NCBI GenBank assembly: GCA_018971305.1
Contig: JAGXBC010000001.1
Span: 98,284 to 162,283 of the forward strand
Length of the DNA: 64,000 bases
Direction: 5' to 3'
From: Patescibacteria group bacterium
Lineage (GTDB): Bacteria; Patescibacteriota; Minisyncoccia; UBA6257; 2-01-FULL-56-20
Below, piece by piece: positions 17,192-30,000 of the stretch (its first letter is position 1; every line of letters begins with the position of its first letter). The notes beneath the pieces were generated by a model. The model searched no databases and was not told where the DNA came from. It saw only the letters and a list, made by a program, of their open reading frames with translations. The position numbers and the translations under genes were made by a program.

Positions 17192-18649
17192 ATGGCGACA
17201 GTACTTGAAAACCTAACCCTTAAATCCTTCCACGAAGGATTGGTAAATAAAAAATTTTCCGCCCTAGAGATAACGCAGGCTGTTTTTTCACATATCAAAA
17301 ATACGGACAAACAAATAGGCGCCTACCTAAGCTTGAACGAAAACGGAGCCATTAAAGACGCCGAGAAGGTTGACGTAGCCATAGCTCGCGGAGAAAACAT
17401 TGGCTATCTGGCCGGAGCATCTCTTGCCGTAAAGGACAACATATTGATAGATGGCTTACCTGCGACAGCTGCCTCAAAAATTTTGGAAAACTACGTGGCT
17501 AGCTATGATGCCGGAGTTATAAAGAAGCTCAAATCGGAAAACGCGGTGTTTTTGGGCAAGGCAAATCTTGATGAATTCGCGATGGGTTCTTCCACGGAAA
17601 ACTCCGGTTTCAAGATAACAAAGAACCCGCACGACCATGAACGCGTTCCCGGAGGTTCGTCCGGCGGTTCTGCCGCAGCTGTTGCGGCGCACATGGCAAT
17701 CGCGGCTTTGGGCTCGGACACCGGGGGATCTATCCGCCTGCCGGCAAGCTTCTGCGGAGTAGTTGGACTTGGTCCGACATACGGCTCTGTCTCCCGCTCG
17801 GGGCTTATTGCCATGACCTCCAGCCTTGACCAGATAGGACCCATCACAAAAACCGTTGAGGATTCCGCGATTTTGTTTAAGGCGATATCCGGCGGTGATA
17901 GCATGGACTCAACAAACGCTAATCGTAGTTACGGCGACGAACTTCTGAATCCTAATCTTGATAGCATTAAAGGATTAACTGTCGGCCTGCCAGACGAGTA
18001 TTTTGGCGAAGGCATCAGCGCAGAAGTCCGTTCCGGAGTTGAAACAGCTATAGAAAAAATAAAAAGTTTGGGGCTTAAATTCAAAAAAATATCACTGCCG
18101 CACACGAAATATGCGCTTTCCTGCTACTACATAATAGTTCCGGCGGAGGTGAGTTCTAACTCGGCAAGATATGATGGCATACGCTACTCACGGAACACGG
18201 AACACGCGCCACAGAACACGAAACTTTATGATATCTATCTCAAACAGCGTGGCGTAGGGTTCGGGCCGGAACCGAAGCGAAGAATAATCCTCGGAACCTT
18301 TGTTCTATCTTCTGGATATTACGATTCTTATTACGATAAAGCCCAGCGGGTTCGCACTCTCATTAAAAAAGATTTTGATGAGGCATTTAAAGAGGTGGAC
18401 GTGATGCTCACTCCTGTTGCGCCAACAACCGCCTTCAAGATTGGAGAGAAGGCGAACGATCCTATTTCCATGTATCTGGCCGATACCTTCACTATTCCAT
18501 TGAAACTTGCGGGACTCCCGGCAATTTCTATCCCAGTGAAGCAATACAAAGTCGGCTCCAAAGAACTTCCTGTCGGTTTCCAACTCATCGGCAAACACTG
18601 GCGCGAAGTTGATATTTTGGGCCTGGGACAATATTATGAAAAATTATAA
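17192..18649 (+). CDS. gatA: Asp/Glu-tRNA amidotransferase subunit A
   Basis: KDNI, DEFAMGSSTENS, PGGSSGGSAAAV, GSDTGGSIR, RYDGIRY, RRIILGTFVLS. Confidence 0.97.
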   Translation: MATVLENLTLKSFHEGLVNKKFSALEITQAVFSHIKNTDKQIGAYLSLNENGAIKDAEKVDVAIARGENIGYLAGASLAVKDNILIDGLPATAASKILENYVASYDAGVIKKLKSENAVFLGKANLDEFAMGSSTENSGFKITKNPHDHERVPGGSSGGSAAAVAAHMAIAALGSDTGGSIRLPASFCGVVGLGPTYGSVSRSGLIAMTSSLDQIGPITKTVEDSAILFKAISGGDSMDSTNANRSYGDELLNPNLDSIKGLTVGLPDEYFGEGISAEVRSGVETAIEKIKSLGLKFKKISLPHTKYALSCYYIIVPAEVSSNSARYDGIRYSRNTEHAPQNTKLYDIYLKQRGVGFGPEPKRRIILGTFVLSSGYYDSYYDKAQRVRTLIKKDFDEAFKEVDVMLTPVAPTTAFKIGEKANDPISMYLADTFTIPLKLAGLPAISIPVKQYKVGSKELPVGFQLIGKHWREVDILGLGQYYEKL

Positions 18650-18658
18650 AATTACATC

Positions 18659-19234
18659 ATGCCAACCCCACTTTTAGCGCAACTAACACAAATACAGCAA
18701 CTGAATAATGTTCTGAAGAGCCAGCAGGTGCAGCAGGTAGAGCAACAAACCTTGAATGTCTATTCTTCTAATTTAGGATACCTTAAGGCCGGCTCCATAC
18801 TCTTAACGATATTTTTTCTTATTAGCTGCGTATTCTTTATGGTCAAAACAGGCTGGCTCGCCCTGCGTATAGATAGAGTTGAAGACGTGCTCCTGAAAAG
18901 CGATATGCCGAGAAAGCGTTCTATCAAAGTTTGGAATAAAATAAAAACGCACTTCTTTGCCGGCGACGATAATAGTCTAAAATTGGCTCTCATAGAAGCT
19001 GATAACGTTTTAGATGAGGCGCTGCGCCTTGCCGGTTTTAGAGGCGACAACCTTGGCGAACGCCTGAAGCAGATTGAAGAATCCCAGCTCGCGAACATCC
19101 AAGAGGTCTGGGAAGCCCATAAATTGAGAAATCGCCTCGTACACGAAACGGATTTCAAGTTAAACAGAAACATCGCCGAAAAAGCCCTTACTATTTACGA
19201 GGAAACCCTCAAAGACCTAGGACTTCTCGACTAA
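18659..19234 (+). CDS. Conserved hypothetical membrane protein
   Basis: TM helix then KLALIEAD...GERLK...WEAHKLRNRLVH. Confidence 0.7.
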   Translation: MPTPLLAQLTQIQQLNNVLKSQQVQQVEQQTLNVYSSNLGYLKAGSILLTIFFLISCVFFMVKTGWLALRIDRVEDVLLKSDMPRKRSIKVWNKIKTHFFAGDDNSLKLALIEADNVLDEALRLAGFRGDNLGERLKQIEESQLANIQEVWEAHKLRNRLVHETDFKLNRNIAEKALTIYEETLKDLGLLD

Positions 19235-19282
19235 AAACTCCCCAATCTTTGTCGGAACGAGCCGATATTTAATATTTCAGAA

Positions 19283-20233
19283 CTATTGAGTGGTAGAAGA
19301 GCTGCTTACCGCGGATGTGGATGTGATGGTAGATATGTCCGAACCGTTGACTGCCGTTATAGTGGCATCTCTTGAACCTGGCGCGTGCGTTCCAGATAGG
19401 GAAACAGTTTGATTCACGAATGGTTTCAGTGCTGCATCAACTTTGGCATCTTTGTAATTTTTTACGTAAATCTTTATACCGTTTTTAGTGGTGAGATTGT
19501 ATTGTACCTGCCCGCCTCCGGCGAGTACGCCGCTCACACTGAAGGCCAGGTCTTCGGTAGACGTAGAACCCGAAGGAACTCCGACAAAAGAAATCTCATC
19601 AATCAGCCCCTGGTTATCTTTTTGCAACGAAGAAACTTGCGAGGCTAGATCGCCATTCTTGCTCTTTAAATCGGCAATTTGGGAATTGAGAGCGGTTATA
19701 TTTGATACGACGGCGTCTCCACTAGAAGAAAAAGCTGTTATTTTTTGCTGAAAAGATTTGTCCTGTAAGTACAAATATACGTCCCCTGCCGCGAGCGCCA
19801 CTGCAACCACTCCGAGAACAATCATAATGATGGTTGGCGCGGTAAATCTTGACATACCTGGCATTTTCTTCGTCAATAAAATTTTATTGGCTGTTTCGGG
19901 TTTGTTATTATTTTTATCGGCAGTTGCTTTCGCAGCCATATTAAGCTGCGTACTGCCCAAAAGATCGCTTACGATTATGGGGGCCTGCTGACTGGAAGGT
20001 AGACCGAAATTAGCTACGATTGGAGCATTCGATTTAGCTGCCATGTCTTTGCTGGTCGCTGCTTGTCCATCTGATACAGCGGCTTGTTTCCCGCCACCGG
20101 ATATCTCACCCAAGGAATCTTCTACGTCCGCAGACGGCCAACCGGCATCCACAAGAGCCGCCTTCGTCGCACTCGCATCAACTCCGAGCTTGAGCTGTTC
20201 TTTTATATAATCAACGAGTTGCTGTTGAACCAT
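19283..20233 (-). CDS. Membrane-anchored coiled-coil protein
   Basis: N-terminal LVDYIK..LVDAGW motif, central TM, coiled coil; TGcTATAAT 7 nt upstream of the ATG. Confidence 0.7.
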   Translation of the reverse strand: MVQQQLVDYIKEQLKLGVDASATKAALVDAGWPSADVEDSLGEISGGGKQAAVSDGQAATSKDMAAKSNAPIVANFGLPSSQQAPIIVSDLLGSTQLNMAAKATADKNNNKPETANKILLTKKMPGMSRFTAPTIIMIVLGVVAVALAAGDVYLYLQDKSFQQKITAFSSSGDAVVSNITALNSQIADLKSKNGDLASQVSSLQKDNQGLIDEISFVGVPSGSTSTEDLAFSVSGVLAGGGQVQYNLTTKNGIKIYVKNYKDAKVDAALKPFVNQTVSLSGTHAPGSRDATITAVNGSDISTITSTSAVSSSSTTQ

Positions 20234-20401
20234 ATGAATAATTATAGCACTTTTACACGACTACACATCCACAATATGGTAAACCCCGATTTATATAACT
20301 CACGGATTGTTGCGGGAAGCTCATATAAGCCGGATATTTGACGACGATAACAATGTCTTGCTACGGTAGTGATAGCAGAATTGAGTATTGGAGGAAAAGA
20401 T

Positions 20402-22042
20402 ATGAAACAAACACTATGCTTGTTGCTGTTGTTGATTGGCTTACCGTCTATTGCTCTTACCCAACAGAAAGGAATAGTTGACCCCAAAAGCGCTATCGTA
20501 AGAATTAAGTCCGGAAGGGTTTTTTCCATTAGGAAATCGGGAAATGGGATTTGCCTCGACACCCCATGCCTGCACGTACTCGCCAATGCCCACACAATAT
20601 ATTTTATGGAAAAAGGGATTCGAGTTGAAGGTGTAAAGGTTAAAAAGTCTCAGATGGCAACCGGCCCAAAAGACGAAGGCGCAAAGCCATCGCTTATCGC
20701 TGGAGTTTACAGTTGGACCGGAAATCCAGAACGAGATATAGCATTGCTTACCCTGGAAAAACCTCTGCCGGATAGATTCCGCAGCCTACCATTTGCCGAT
20801 CATAATCCTGCCATGAATGAACAGGTAACGGGTATTGCTTATAGCGGTGATGTTTTAAAGATTTATGATGGACAAATTACCGGGCTTGGAGTAGTTATTG
20901 GTACAGATCAAGACCCCCGCTCTTCCGCGGTAAAAATTGAGAGGCTTCTTGATTTAAGCTTTATTATCAGCTTCGGTAACAGCGGCGGCGCTGTCTGTGA
21001 TGCAACTGGCCATATCATAGGAATCATAAAAGGCATTACCTATGACAAAGATTCCGGAGGGTCATCGGTCGCAACCGGCACCCTGGCAGTTCCGATATCC
21101 ACTATATACAAATTTCTTGCGGATACAGATCACGATCTATGGACACGACTCTTCAAGTCCGAGCTACTACCGTATGAAATATCCGACGGATCTTCGATAA
21201 ACAATAATAATCCTGTTAATCCGAAGGTTCCGGATACAATCGTTGCGCCTGCGGTCCCCAACTCCATTGTCACGGGAGATGCCCAAACTATAACCCCCAC
21301 AAATGCCGAGAGGATAAAAAGTTATCTGGATACACCACCAGTAAAGGACAAGACCGTCGACGAGAAACTGTTTATAAGCAAAGCGAAAAATGTTGCGAGC
21401 GCCAATCTTTCATCAATGATAAATGTTTTCGCAACACAGAAAGTAGACTTCTGGGGAGACGGACAGGAGAAAATGTCTTGGTCCTATGAAGTGGCGATTT
21501 ACGAAGACAGGGAGATGTTCAAAAGGGTCCACCCGAACGGTAAAATAGATAAGGATACATCTTCGCCGCCATGTCCATCGTACGGAACTTGTCCAGAAAG
21601 ACAGTGGAGGGATTTTCTCTATTACTTTACCACTGCGAAGAATTTGTCATATGAGGGCAGAAGCTCTGTTAAAAAAGAAATCGTATATGTGTTCAGTTAC
21701 GAGAATAATCTATGTCCCGTACACGAAATAAACACCTCTTTATTGATTCATTTTAATTGGAGGGGGTATGTCGGTTGTTCTAGTAAAATCATAACGGATG
21801 TAAACCTTAATCCGATAAAGATTTATCTCCAGTACTCACCAATGTCAATCCCCCGCATTATGACCACGGAGGTGGAATATTCCAGGATTGACTTCCAAAA
21901 TGGTTCCAAACCTCTATGGCTGCCGACAAAGATAGATATGTCTGCCACGTTTTACAATGGCAGCAAACATTTCGCCTCGGGAACTTGGAACAATTACCAC
22001 AAGTTCTATTCCAAAACAAAGATCGTATCGTTCAAGCAATAA
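20402..22042 (+). CDS. Secreted trypsin-like serine protease with a C-terminal beta-rich domain
   Basis: Signal peptide; triad motifs LANAH, RDIALL, GNSGGA; GGAGG SD; terminator 22048-22075. Confidence 0.8.
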   Translation: MKQTLCLLLLLIGLPSIALTQQKGIVDPKSAIVRIKSGRVFSIRKSGNGICLDTPCLHVLANAHTIYFMEKGIRVEGVKVKKSQMATGPKDEGAKPSLIAGVYSWTGNPERDIALLTLEKPLPDRFRSLPFADHNPAMNEQVTGIAYSGDVLKIYDGQITGLGVVIGTDQDPRSSAVKIERLLDLSFIISFGNSGGAVCDATGHIIGIIKGITYDKDSGGSSVATGTLAVPISTIYKFLADTDHDLWTRLFKSELLPYEISDGSSINNNNPVNPKVPDTIVAPAVPNSIVTGDAQTITPTNAERIKSYLDTPPVKDKTVDEKLFISKAKNVASANLSSMINVFATQKVDFWGDGQEKMSWSYEVAIYEDREMFKRVHPNGKIDKDTSSPPCPSYGTCPERQWRDFLYYFTTAKNLSYEGRSSVKKEIVYVFSYENNLCPVHEINTSLLIHFNWRGYVGCSSKIITDVNLNPIKIYLQYSPMSIPRIMTTEVEYSRIDFQNGSKPLWLPTKIDMSATFYNGSKHFASGTWNNYHKFYSKTKIVSFKQ

Positions 22043-22141
22043 AGATAACCGGACGCCAGAATCGTCCGGTTTTTTAATTTTATTGGCGCAACGTACTGGA
22101 CGCCGCTGGAACCAGAATTAGGGAGTATACTAGGGCGATTT

Positions 22142-22882
22142 TTATAGCTCGCCCACCTTAATAGTTTCGATTACCATCTTCATTGGGATGCCACTTTTGT
22201 AATGCTTGCCCTGCCTAATCATATCTGATGACGGTTCTCGTATTGATTTCGTGAGTAAGCCATTTTTACCACACAAATTCATGTAATACTCCATCGGCCT
22301 ATAATACACAGACAGATCATCTTGCTTGCTCAGCCAGTGGTTGAAGGTTTTAACCTTGCGAGCTTCTAAATACTTTTCATTTTCATCATCGGCTTTCTCT
22401 TGAGGTACTGCTTCAATAGCTTTATAAAGAGACCATTTCATGGGATGGTCTATTGAGTAGATAAATCTGCCATTCATTTTAAGAATCTTTCGGACGTTAG
22501 AAAGGAATTTATCTACATCTTCTACATACCAAATAGCCATATGGATAATGACCAAATCAAAATAATTCTCTGGAAAATTTGTAAAATCTTCTGCTTCTTG
22601 TACGAAAAACTTTACGTTTAAGTTCTCATACTTTTCTTTCGATAGTTTTATTAGCTCGGGAGATATATCTGAAGCCCATACTTCTTTAGCGCCTTCTCTC
22701 ATTAGCTTCCTTGCAATATAGCCATTACCGCAAGCTATGTCGCAAATAGCTAGGCCTTTCTGGTCGCCAATTAAATCAAAAAGCGGTGGGTCGATGGTGT
22801 GCTGGTGATTATAGCTACCAGTATCACCCATATCTTCGTCATATTGTTTCGCGAACCTTTCAAACGAGGTATCGGAGTCCAT
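22142..22882 (-). CDS. Class I SAM-dependent methyltransferase
   Basis: DIACGNG, SDISPELI, FDLVI, LKMNGRFIYS. Confidence 0.88.
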   Translation of the reverse strand: MDSDTSFERFAKQYDEDMGDTGSYNHQHTIDPPLFDLIGDQKGLAICDIACGNGYIARKLMREGAKEVWASDISPELIKLSKEKYENLNVKFFVQEAEDFTNFPENYFDLVIIHMAIWYVEDVDKFLSNVRKILKMNGRFIYSIDHPMKWSLYKAIEAVPQEKADDENEKYLEARKVKTFNHWLSKQDDLSVYYRPMEYYMNLCGKNGLLTKSIREPSSDMIRQGKHYKSGIPMKMVIETIKVGEL

Positions 22883-22963
22883 ACGATAATTTAAGCAAGG
22901 CGTAGTTCAAACGTCCATTCGCCCGCGTTTATAAAGCGAGGAAATATAAGGCTCAAATTTTTG

Positions 22964-23038
22964 CGCGGCCGACCGGATTCGAACCGGCGATCTTCCCCGT
23001 GACAGGGGGACGTGTTAACCAGGCTACACCACGGCCGC
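22964..23038 (-). tRNA. tRNA-Asp(GTC)
   Basis: GCGGCCG acceptor, G73, loop CTGTCAC, TTCGAAT T-loop. Confidence 0.95.
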
Positions 23039-23208
23039 ATACAAGTTAAATCTAATGTAAATAAAGAAAAAAGTGAAGTGGCGGAACGGTGCAATCATAA
23101 CCTGCTTGGCTCCTTGATTATTTATATCGGGATATTGTCATATCTTAAAGATGGTGGTATAGAATTATAGATAGAGATTCTATTGATGCGCAAAAAGGAG
23201 GTGTGCGG

Positions 23209-23754
23209 ATGAGCAATGACGAAAGGCCCCCAAAATGCACTGAGTGGCTAAAAATTCCCCGCTTAATATATAAAAACAAAATTCTGCCGGTCTCCTTCAT
23301 AAGACACCTGAAGCATTGCAATGATTGTTTCATCCCTGCCACTTATTTTTTGGCAGAGATAGAAGCGGTCTCGACAATCTCCCACGCCTTCCGAGATAAC
23401 AACTGTCCGGAATCGGATAGCTTCCTTGTATTGCTAAGTTATGCCATAAGAGAATCCTTGATAAAAATAATGGGGAACACGAAAACGTTTCGCCTATATT
23501 TTACGCAACAAGAATGCGACGGGCTGATTGCCACCTGTAACCATATAAAGGGGCACCCACCGAGCTGTTGCGATCTGTGCAGATCATATTACGAACATCT
23601 GCTCGACCTGACGATAGAACTGCAAAAAAAATATGCCGAAAATATAAACCATGGCAAAAGAGTAATGGTGATCATCAGAGAACAATCCGTTACTGTGTGT
23701 GCCTCCGAAATACTGGAAAATCTTACGCTGAAGCCAGGCACTAAACCCAACTGA
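23209..23754 (+). CDS. Cys/His-rich hypothetical protein with two HxxxCxxC-like motifs
   Basis: HLKHCNDC and HPPSCCDLC; AAGGAGGT SD; hairpin terminator at ~23745-23772. Confidence 0.55.
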   Translation: MSNDERPPKCTEWLKIPRLIYKNKILPVSFIRHLKHCNDCFIPATYFLAEIEAVSTISHAFRDNNCPESDSFLVLLSYAIRESLIKIMGNTKTFRLYFTQQECDGLIATCNHIKGHPPSCCDLCRSYYEHLLDLTIELQKKYAENINHGKRVMVIIREQSVTVCASEILENLTLKPGTKPN

Positions 23755-23786
23755 GAAAAGTTGGGATTTTTTTCTCCAAAACACTA

Positions 23787-25847
<2,061 letters not shown>

Positions 25848-26324
25848 TTACTGCGGGGGCGCAAAAACCTGGAAGTAGGTACGGAAAGACCTGCTCGCGA
25901 AGTTAGCCTCTCCAACCGCCTGGACGGAAGAAGCGTTAGAACAATTCAATTGTTGTTGCTCGGTGCCGTTAGAAGGGTCAAGACCGTAACAGGTCACGAC
26001 AACACTCGCGCCGTCGGCATATGGTCCAAGATTATATCCGCCGCTTGAATCGCAATTACTGCTCGGACATCCGATCGGGGGGCTTGATGGATGGAAATAC
26101 TGATACAATCCCCATTCCACGCCGCTGTCTGCTGCCATAATTGATTTAGTGGAATTGGTGAGGTCGGTTGTCTGGCGTATCTGATACGTCATTAAAAGTC
26201 CGGCTAAAGCGGATATTCCCAAAAGCGCTCCGCCCAAAGCCATAGAGGCGAGAATCATTATCTGGCCGCGGCGATTATCGGTTAGTGATTTATAGATCAG
26301 GAATTTTGAGGAAACAAAAGGCAT
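25848..26324 (-). CDS. PilX-like minor pilin
   Basis: RRG-QIMIL hydrophobic helix, AADSGVEWGLY; TATAAT 6 nt upstream of ATG 26324. Confidence 0.7.
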   Translation of the reverse strand: MPFVSSKFLIYKSLTDNRRGQIMILASMALGGALLGISALAGLLMTYQIRQTTDLTNSTKSIMAADSGVEWGLYQYFHPSSPPIGCPSSNCDSSGGYNLGPYADGASVVVTCYGLDPSNGTEQQQLNCSNASSVQAVGEANFASRSFRTYFQVFAPPQ

Positions 26325-26431
26325 ATTTAAATTATACCCGTAAAAAATCCATCTCCAAAATCCTAAACATGCAGCCGATCGGTTCCCAGCTCTCTGTGAT
26401 TCGATAATAAATATCAAAAAGTCGTAACCAA

Positions 26432-26986
26432 CTATTTCTCTATATAACCCAAAGTGATTACCTTAACGGTAGTTTGGACCGGAACAGATGTCTGGCCAGC
26501 AAAGTTTTGGCAAGTCAAAGTGTAGACGGTCGTAGCACCCGGAGAAACCTGGATTTGTCCTGAAGGGTTCTGATTTTGAGCTGCTACGAAAGCGCCGCTG
26601 CCATCGGTCTTGGACCCCATGATAACACAGGATGCGGGTACGGCATTCGTACAGTTCCAGGAAAGCGTAGACGATGCCGGAGGCGGGATAAGAAGTTGGG
26701 GCGGATTTGCGCTGAATGTCGGGCACGCGGCAGGATCAAAGACTTGAAGTGTAAGCGTAAGTGCCTGGGAATTTACACTGTTCCCTGTTGAAGCGTCTAT
26801 TCCCTGGACCGTTAGCGGTATAGAATACGTATTCGCCACACTGGGAGTAACATCTATTGAACCGGGTATCGCCGTTGAAGCCGCCGGAACTCTCCGGAAA
26901 GAAAAAAGGAATAGGGCGATGATGGCAACGATGACTATGGATACCGCTTCTTTGCCGCTTAAGATTTTTACAATTTTTTGTTTCAT
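26432..26986 (-). CDS. Membrane-anchored Ig-like surface protein
   Basis: TM helix, FSANP...STLSWNC...TTVYTLTC beta-sandwich pattern. Confidence 0.7.
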   Translation of the reverse strand: MKQKIVKILSGKEAVSIVIVAIIALFLFSFRRVPAASTAIPGSIDVTPSVANTYSIPLTVQGIDASTGNSVNSQALTLTLQVFDPAACPTFSANPPQLLIPPPASSTLSWNCTNAVPASCVIMGSKTDGSGAFVAAQNQNPSGQIQVSPGATTVYTLTCQNFAGQTSVPVQTTVKVITLGYIEK

Positions 26987-27047
26987 TTGTTTCGTGTTCG
27001 TGATTAATATTAAATATTTATTATCAGGGAAACTCAGTATTGATTTA

Positions 27048-30000
27048 CTATAATGTCCCACCTCCGCCATTAATATCTGTTACTGTAATGGTGGCCTGCG
27101 CGTATTTACTGGGATCCGCATCACTTGTTACTGTCAAAGTACACGTCCCGATGCCATTCGGTGTATAGATCCAATAATTACCACTGCTGAAATTAAGCGA
27201 GCCGGCGCAGGTATCATCATAGGAGAAAGAAGTGTTAGTCGTCCCTCCGACCACAATGGTGAAAGTCTTAGTCCCACCAATCTTCACCCCTGCTGTAGTC
27301 GGAGAGATTGTAATGGTTACAGGATTTACGGTAACTGTTGCAGACGCGGTCTTTGTGCTATCAACGATGCTTTTCGCCGTGACGGTGCAGGTGGTTACGA
27401 CCGTAACGGAAGACGGCGCCGTGTACGAACCGATATTGGAAACAGTACCGCAACCGGTAGCGGGACTCACCGACCAGGTAACACCGGAATTGTTGACAGT
27501 TCCGTTAATGGAAGCGTTGAATTGTTGGCTGTTGCCGACAGATAGAGTAGCACTCGTTGGAGATATGGTAACGACCATAGAATTTACGGTAACTGTTGCC
27601 GACGCCGACTTTGTGCTATCGGCATTACTTGTAGCTGTTACGGTGCAAGTCGCCGCGGAACTAGGAGCGGTGTAAAGACCACCGGAAGATACAGAACCGC
27701 AACCGGTAGCAGGACTCACGGACCAGGTAACACCGGAGTTATTTACAGTCCCATTAATGGAAGCGTTGAATTGTTTTTGATTACTACCATTAGACGGGAG
27801 AGTAGCGCTCGATGGAGAAATCGTAACTGCTATAGAGGCCTGAGTGGCTTGAAGAGTAATGTTCGCTATAGAGGATTTCGTGGGGTCGGCATTGCTTGTC
27901 GCCGTCACGGTGCAACCCGTTGCCACGGAACTGGGAGCGGTGTATGTCACGTAATCTGTTGAAGTTGCGGTAGTTAGCGGGGAAACCGAACCGCAACCGC
28001 TTACTGGGCTTAGGGACCAGGTAACGGAGGTGTCATCATCTCCCCCAACCGTAGCCGAGAATGACTGGTTACCATTTGTTGGCACTGTGGCGGATGTAGG
28101 TGCGATGGAAACAATTACTGGGTTTATTGTGAAAGTGGCGGAGGAGGATACCGTTGGGTCGGCATTACTTGTTGCAGTCACCGTGCAAGTAGTTGCAACT
28201 GCAACTGAAGACGGCGCAGTGTATATAACAGAATTAGGGTTGCCGGAAGTAGCGAGCGGGGAAACCGAACCGCAACCGCTCGCGGGACTGACGGACCAGG
28301 TAACGGCGGTATTTATAGTTCCATCAACCGCCGCAGAGAATGATTGAGTATCTTTGATTTGTAATGGTGCAAGGGTTAGCGCTGCGGTTGTCGGTGAAAC
28401 TGAGATAATTATGTTATTCATAGTAACGGTTGCCGAGGCCGTTTTAGTCGGGTCTGCATTACTGGCGACAGTAACGGTGCAAGTTTCTTTAATACTAGGC
28501 GCAGTGTATAAGCCACCAGCAGTGATAGAACCGCAACCGCTTGCTGGGCTTACGGACCAGGTAACAGCGGTATTCGTGGTTCCACTGCCGATTACCGCTT
28601 GAAATTGATGGGTCTCGCCGAATCGTAGAACCACAGCTGTCGGCGAAGAGATTGAAATAGTCACGGGAAGTGTTGAGCCGGTAACTTGGCCGCTGGCGTC
28701 TACCGGGCAATTGATAGACGCGCTCGCATCGGAAGATATTGATCCTAATGTACAGATAGCTCCAAGCTCACCTCCACCAGTATTTTTCACATAGAAAGGT
28801 ATGGATACTTTTTGACCAGTTGTAGATTTGAGAGTAATTGACGGCTGATAATTAACAGAATCAAATGATGCCCAAAGAACAGGGGCAGTAATCCAGTTAA
28901 TAGTAAAAGTAATATTGCCTCCGCCGTTCAACGGACAGGTGGCCTGAGGCCCGCTACTGCCGCAGCTTGAAGTAATGCTCCCCAATACATAACCCGTCGG
29001 AGCCACTGGCGCACCTACCGTATAATTGGCGCCAGTAGGTAGGTTATCGTAAGTAGCAGAGGTACCCGAACAAGATGATATAGAACAAGGATCAATTGAT
29101 GGATAATAAGGAAATTGCCAAGAAGCGGAAAGCGGAGTACCGGTAGTTGGATCGTTTGAACTCACTGCCTGAGAGTTAACGGTTATCGATCCACCGGGGC
29201 TGAAAAATTTATAAACAACAGAATTGGTCGTATAATTTCCACCGCTGCATCCTGAATAGCTTGTTGAAACGGAAACATTTCCCGGAGACGAAAGGCTGAT
29301 TATTGCATGAGACGGCTCGCTACCTGCGGCCTGAGTATTGTATTCAAACACGCGGAATGTTCCATCGCTGTTCCAGGGGACAGGTGCTCCGGAAACATTA
29401 GTATGTATATAACAACCTCCGCCGGACTGATCGCCTCCGCCAACTCCAATAATATGAGGTGTATTTTCCACGAGCCAATGCCCGGCAGGAAGACTTACTG
29501 TTGGAGCGGCATACACCGATGTCCTGACGGCCGCAAAATCCGTGCCTCCATTAATCAAAAAAAACTTATAAACGATGGAATTGCTGGTATAGTTACCGCC
29601 GCTGCAGCCCGGATAGCTTGTTGAAACAGATACGTTACCGGGGGATGAAAGATTAAACATCGCCTGGGAAGGCTCCAGTATCGCTGCTCCTGCGGAGTAT
29701 TCAAAAACGCGGAAAGTTCCGTCATCATTGGAGGAAACTAGTGGCCCGGAGACAGTTGTGTGTATTGAACAACCTCCGCCGGACTGATCGCCTCCGCCGC
29801 TTCCTACGATATGAGGCGTATTTTCCACAAGCCAATTCCCTGCGGGCAGACTTACAGTCATAACAGAATTACTCGTGGTCCTCGCAACAGCAAATTCTGC
29901 ACTACCAGTGATCAGGAAGAACTTATAGACAACCGAGTTCGTGGTATAATTTCCTCCATCGCAGCCGGTATAACTTGTTGAAATATAAATCTTCCCGGGA

